DNA from: Spirochaetia bacterium
GTDB lineage: Bacteria; Spirochaetota; Spirochaetia; SZUA-6; Bin103
Assembly: GCA_965208575.1 (NCBI GenBank)
Contig: CBDBOV010000005.1
Location: 576,001 to 640,000 of the forward strand
Direction of reading: 5' to 3'
Length of the DNA stretch: 64,000 nucleotides
The notes beneath the pieces are model-generated. The model searched no databases, was not told the origin of the DNA, and worked only from the letters and a program-made list of their open reading frames with translations. Position numbers and translations under genes: made by a program. Positions 62,996-64,000 of this stretch are shown in pieces (positions within the stretch are counted from its first letter, which is position 1; each line of letters starts with the position of its first letter).

Positions 62996-64000
62996 CTAAT
63001 CTCCATCGGTGTCAGCGAAATCGACCGGGATGTTCCTCGAACAGTTGTTTGCCGTGTTCGATTCCCCGGTCACCGCGTCCACGCACAAGACGTAGTAGTA
63101 CCGTCCGGCGGTCGCAGGTGTCTGAAACTCCACAGCCTGGAAGGAGGACGCAGCCGAATCCTGCGTCACGACCAGCGCCGGCACGGCGACCGCACCCACC
63201 CGCGTACCGGCGGACGGTGCGCTCGTCGAATCCGGCAACAGGATGAGGCGCAGCGTGGTGGCCTTGGACGGGCTCCCGCTGTTCCACACATCCGTACCGA
63301 ACGACAATGTCGCTCCGGTAGGTTGCACATTCGGCACGGTCAACTGGCTGACGAAGAGGTCCGGTATGTGCTGCGACACTTCGACCTTCAACGCCGCCGA
63401 GCAGTTGTTCGTCGTTACCGACTCTCCCGCCACGGGGTCCACGCAGGCGCCGAAGTACAATACCGCCTTGCTCGACGGCGCCGTCACCCACCCGCGCACG
63501 GTAACCGAGCGCAAGCTCGACAACGGCCACAACCAGACGCGGTCCAACTTCGTGTCCGACCGCGTCACGGTCGCATCCGTTGAACGGTAAAAGCGCAGCG
63601 CCGTCGGCCCCGCCGTCGCACTGCCGAGATTGACCACTTCGGTCTCGAACTCGAGTCGGCCCCCGATGACCGGCTTGCCGGCGCTCACCCGAAGCGGGTT
63701 GACTATCAGATCCGGCCGTGGCCCCGACACCGGAACCTGCGCCGCCTGCACCGCGACCTGCACCGGAGCCGAGCAGTTGTTCGCCGTGTCGGACTCCTCC
63801 GCCACCGCGTCCACGCACGCGCCGTAGTAGTACGTCCCGGAACTCGACGGAGCGCTCAGCTCCACCGACGCAGGGCTGCTCGTCGAGGCCGCCAGCGCCG
63901 GCACCGCGGCGGCGCCCACCTGCTCGTCGGAGGACGTGATCGCCGCATCGTCCGAACGGTAGACGCTCAGCGTCGTCGCCGCCGCGTCTCCGTCCCCGGC
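62996..64000 (-). CDS. CARDB-like repeat protein H (5' part outside the window)
   Basis: Same repeats; frame appears open to the window edge; C-terminal domain similar to paralogs A and B. Confidence 0.85.
   Translation of the reverse strand, partial: AGDGDAAATTLSVYRSDDAAITSSDEQVGAAAVPALAASTSSPASVELSAPSSSGTYYYGACVDAVAEESDTANNCSAPVQVAVQAAQVPVSGPRPDLIVNPLRVSAGKPVIGGRLEFETEVVNLGSATAGPTALRFYRSTDATVTRSDTKLDRVWLWPLSSLRSVTVRGWVTAPSSKAVLYFGACVDPVAGESVTTNNCSAALKVEVSQHIPDLFVSQLTVPNVQPTGATLSFGTDVWNSGSPSKATTLRLILLPDSTSAPSAGTRVGAVAVPALVVTQDSAASSFQAVEFQTPATAGRYYYVLCVDAVTGESNTANNCSRNIPVDFADTDGD

Overview
High-GC bacterial chromosomal window, probably from a diderm (lipoproteins, Tat-exported MsrP, a beta-barrel autotransporter-like protein). 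The expanded CARDB/SwmB/Calx-beta surface proteins resemble those reported from marine-invertebrate (sponge) symbionts; this habitat is inference only. Housekeeping and metabolic genes: TPP enzyme, PLP dehydratase, FAD/Fe-S oxidoreductase, acnA, FAH family, trmL, cysK, aspS, ribA, moeA-moaACDE-msrPQ, clpB and two AAA+/VWA-type operons. Accessory features: (1) an unusual NHEJ locus with a ku - stand-alone ATP-dependent ligase - BRCT/MerR-HTH/TPR operon facing a LigD whose ligase module has lost its catalytic lysines and OB fold; (2) an intact ISKra4-like IS with 27-bp TIRs and a 9-bp target duplication; (3) a PemK/MazF-type TA pair and a small DUF5678-like/aspartyl-protease pair; (4) from 48.3 kb to the window end, a tandem array of at least 8 paralogous CARDB-like (Ig-fold) repeat lipoprotein genes around clpB, with mosaic domains, variable distal loops, variable-length Pro linkers, deletion scars and duplicated clpB 3' ends. 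Many genes look leaderless (TAnnnT 5-7 nt before the start codon). No rRNA, tRNA or CRISPR array was recognised. All domain calls are motif recognition by eye; no database searches were run.
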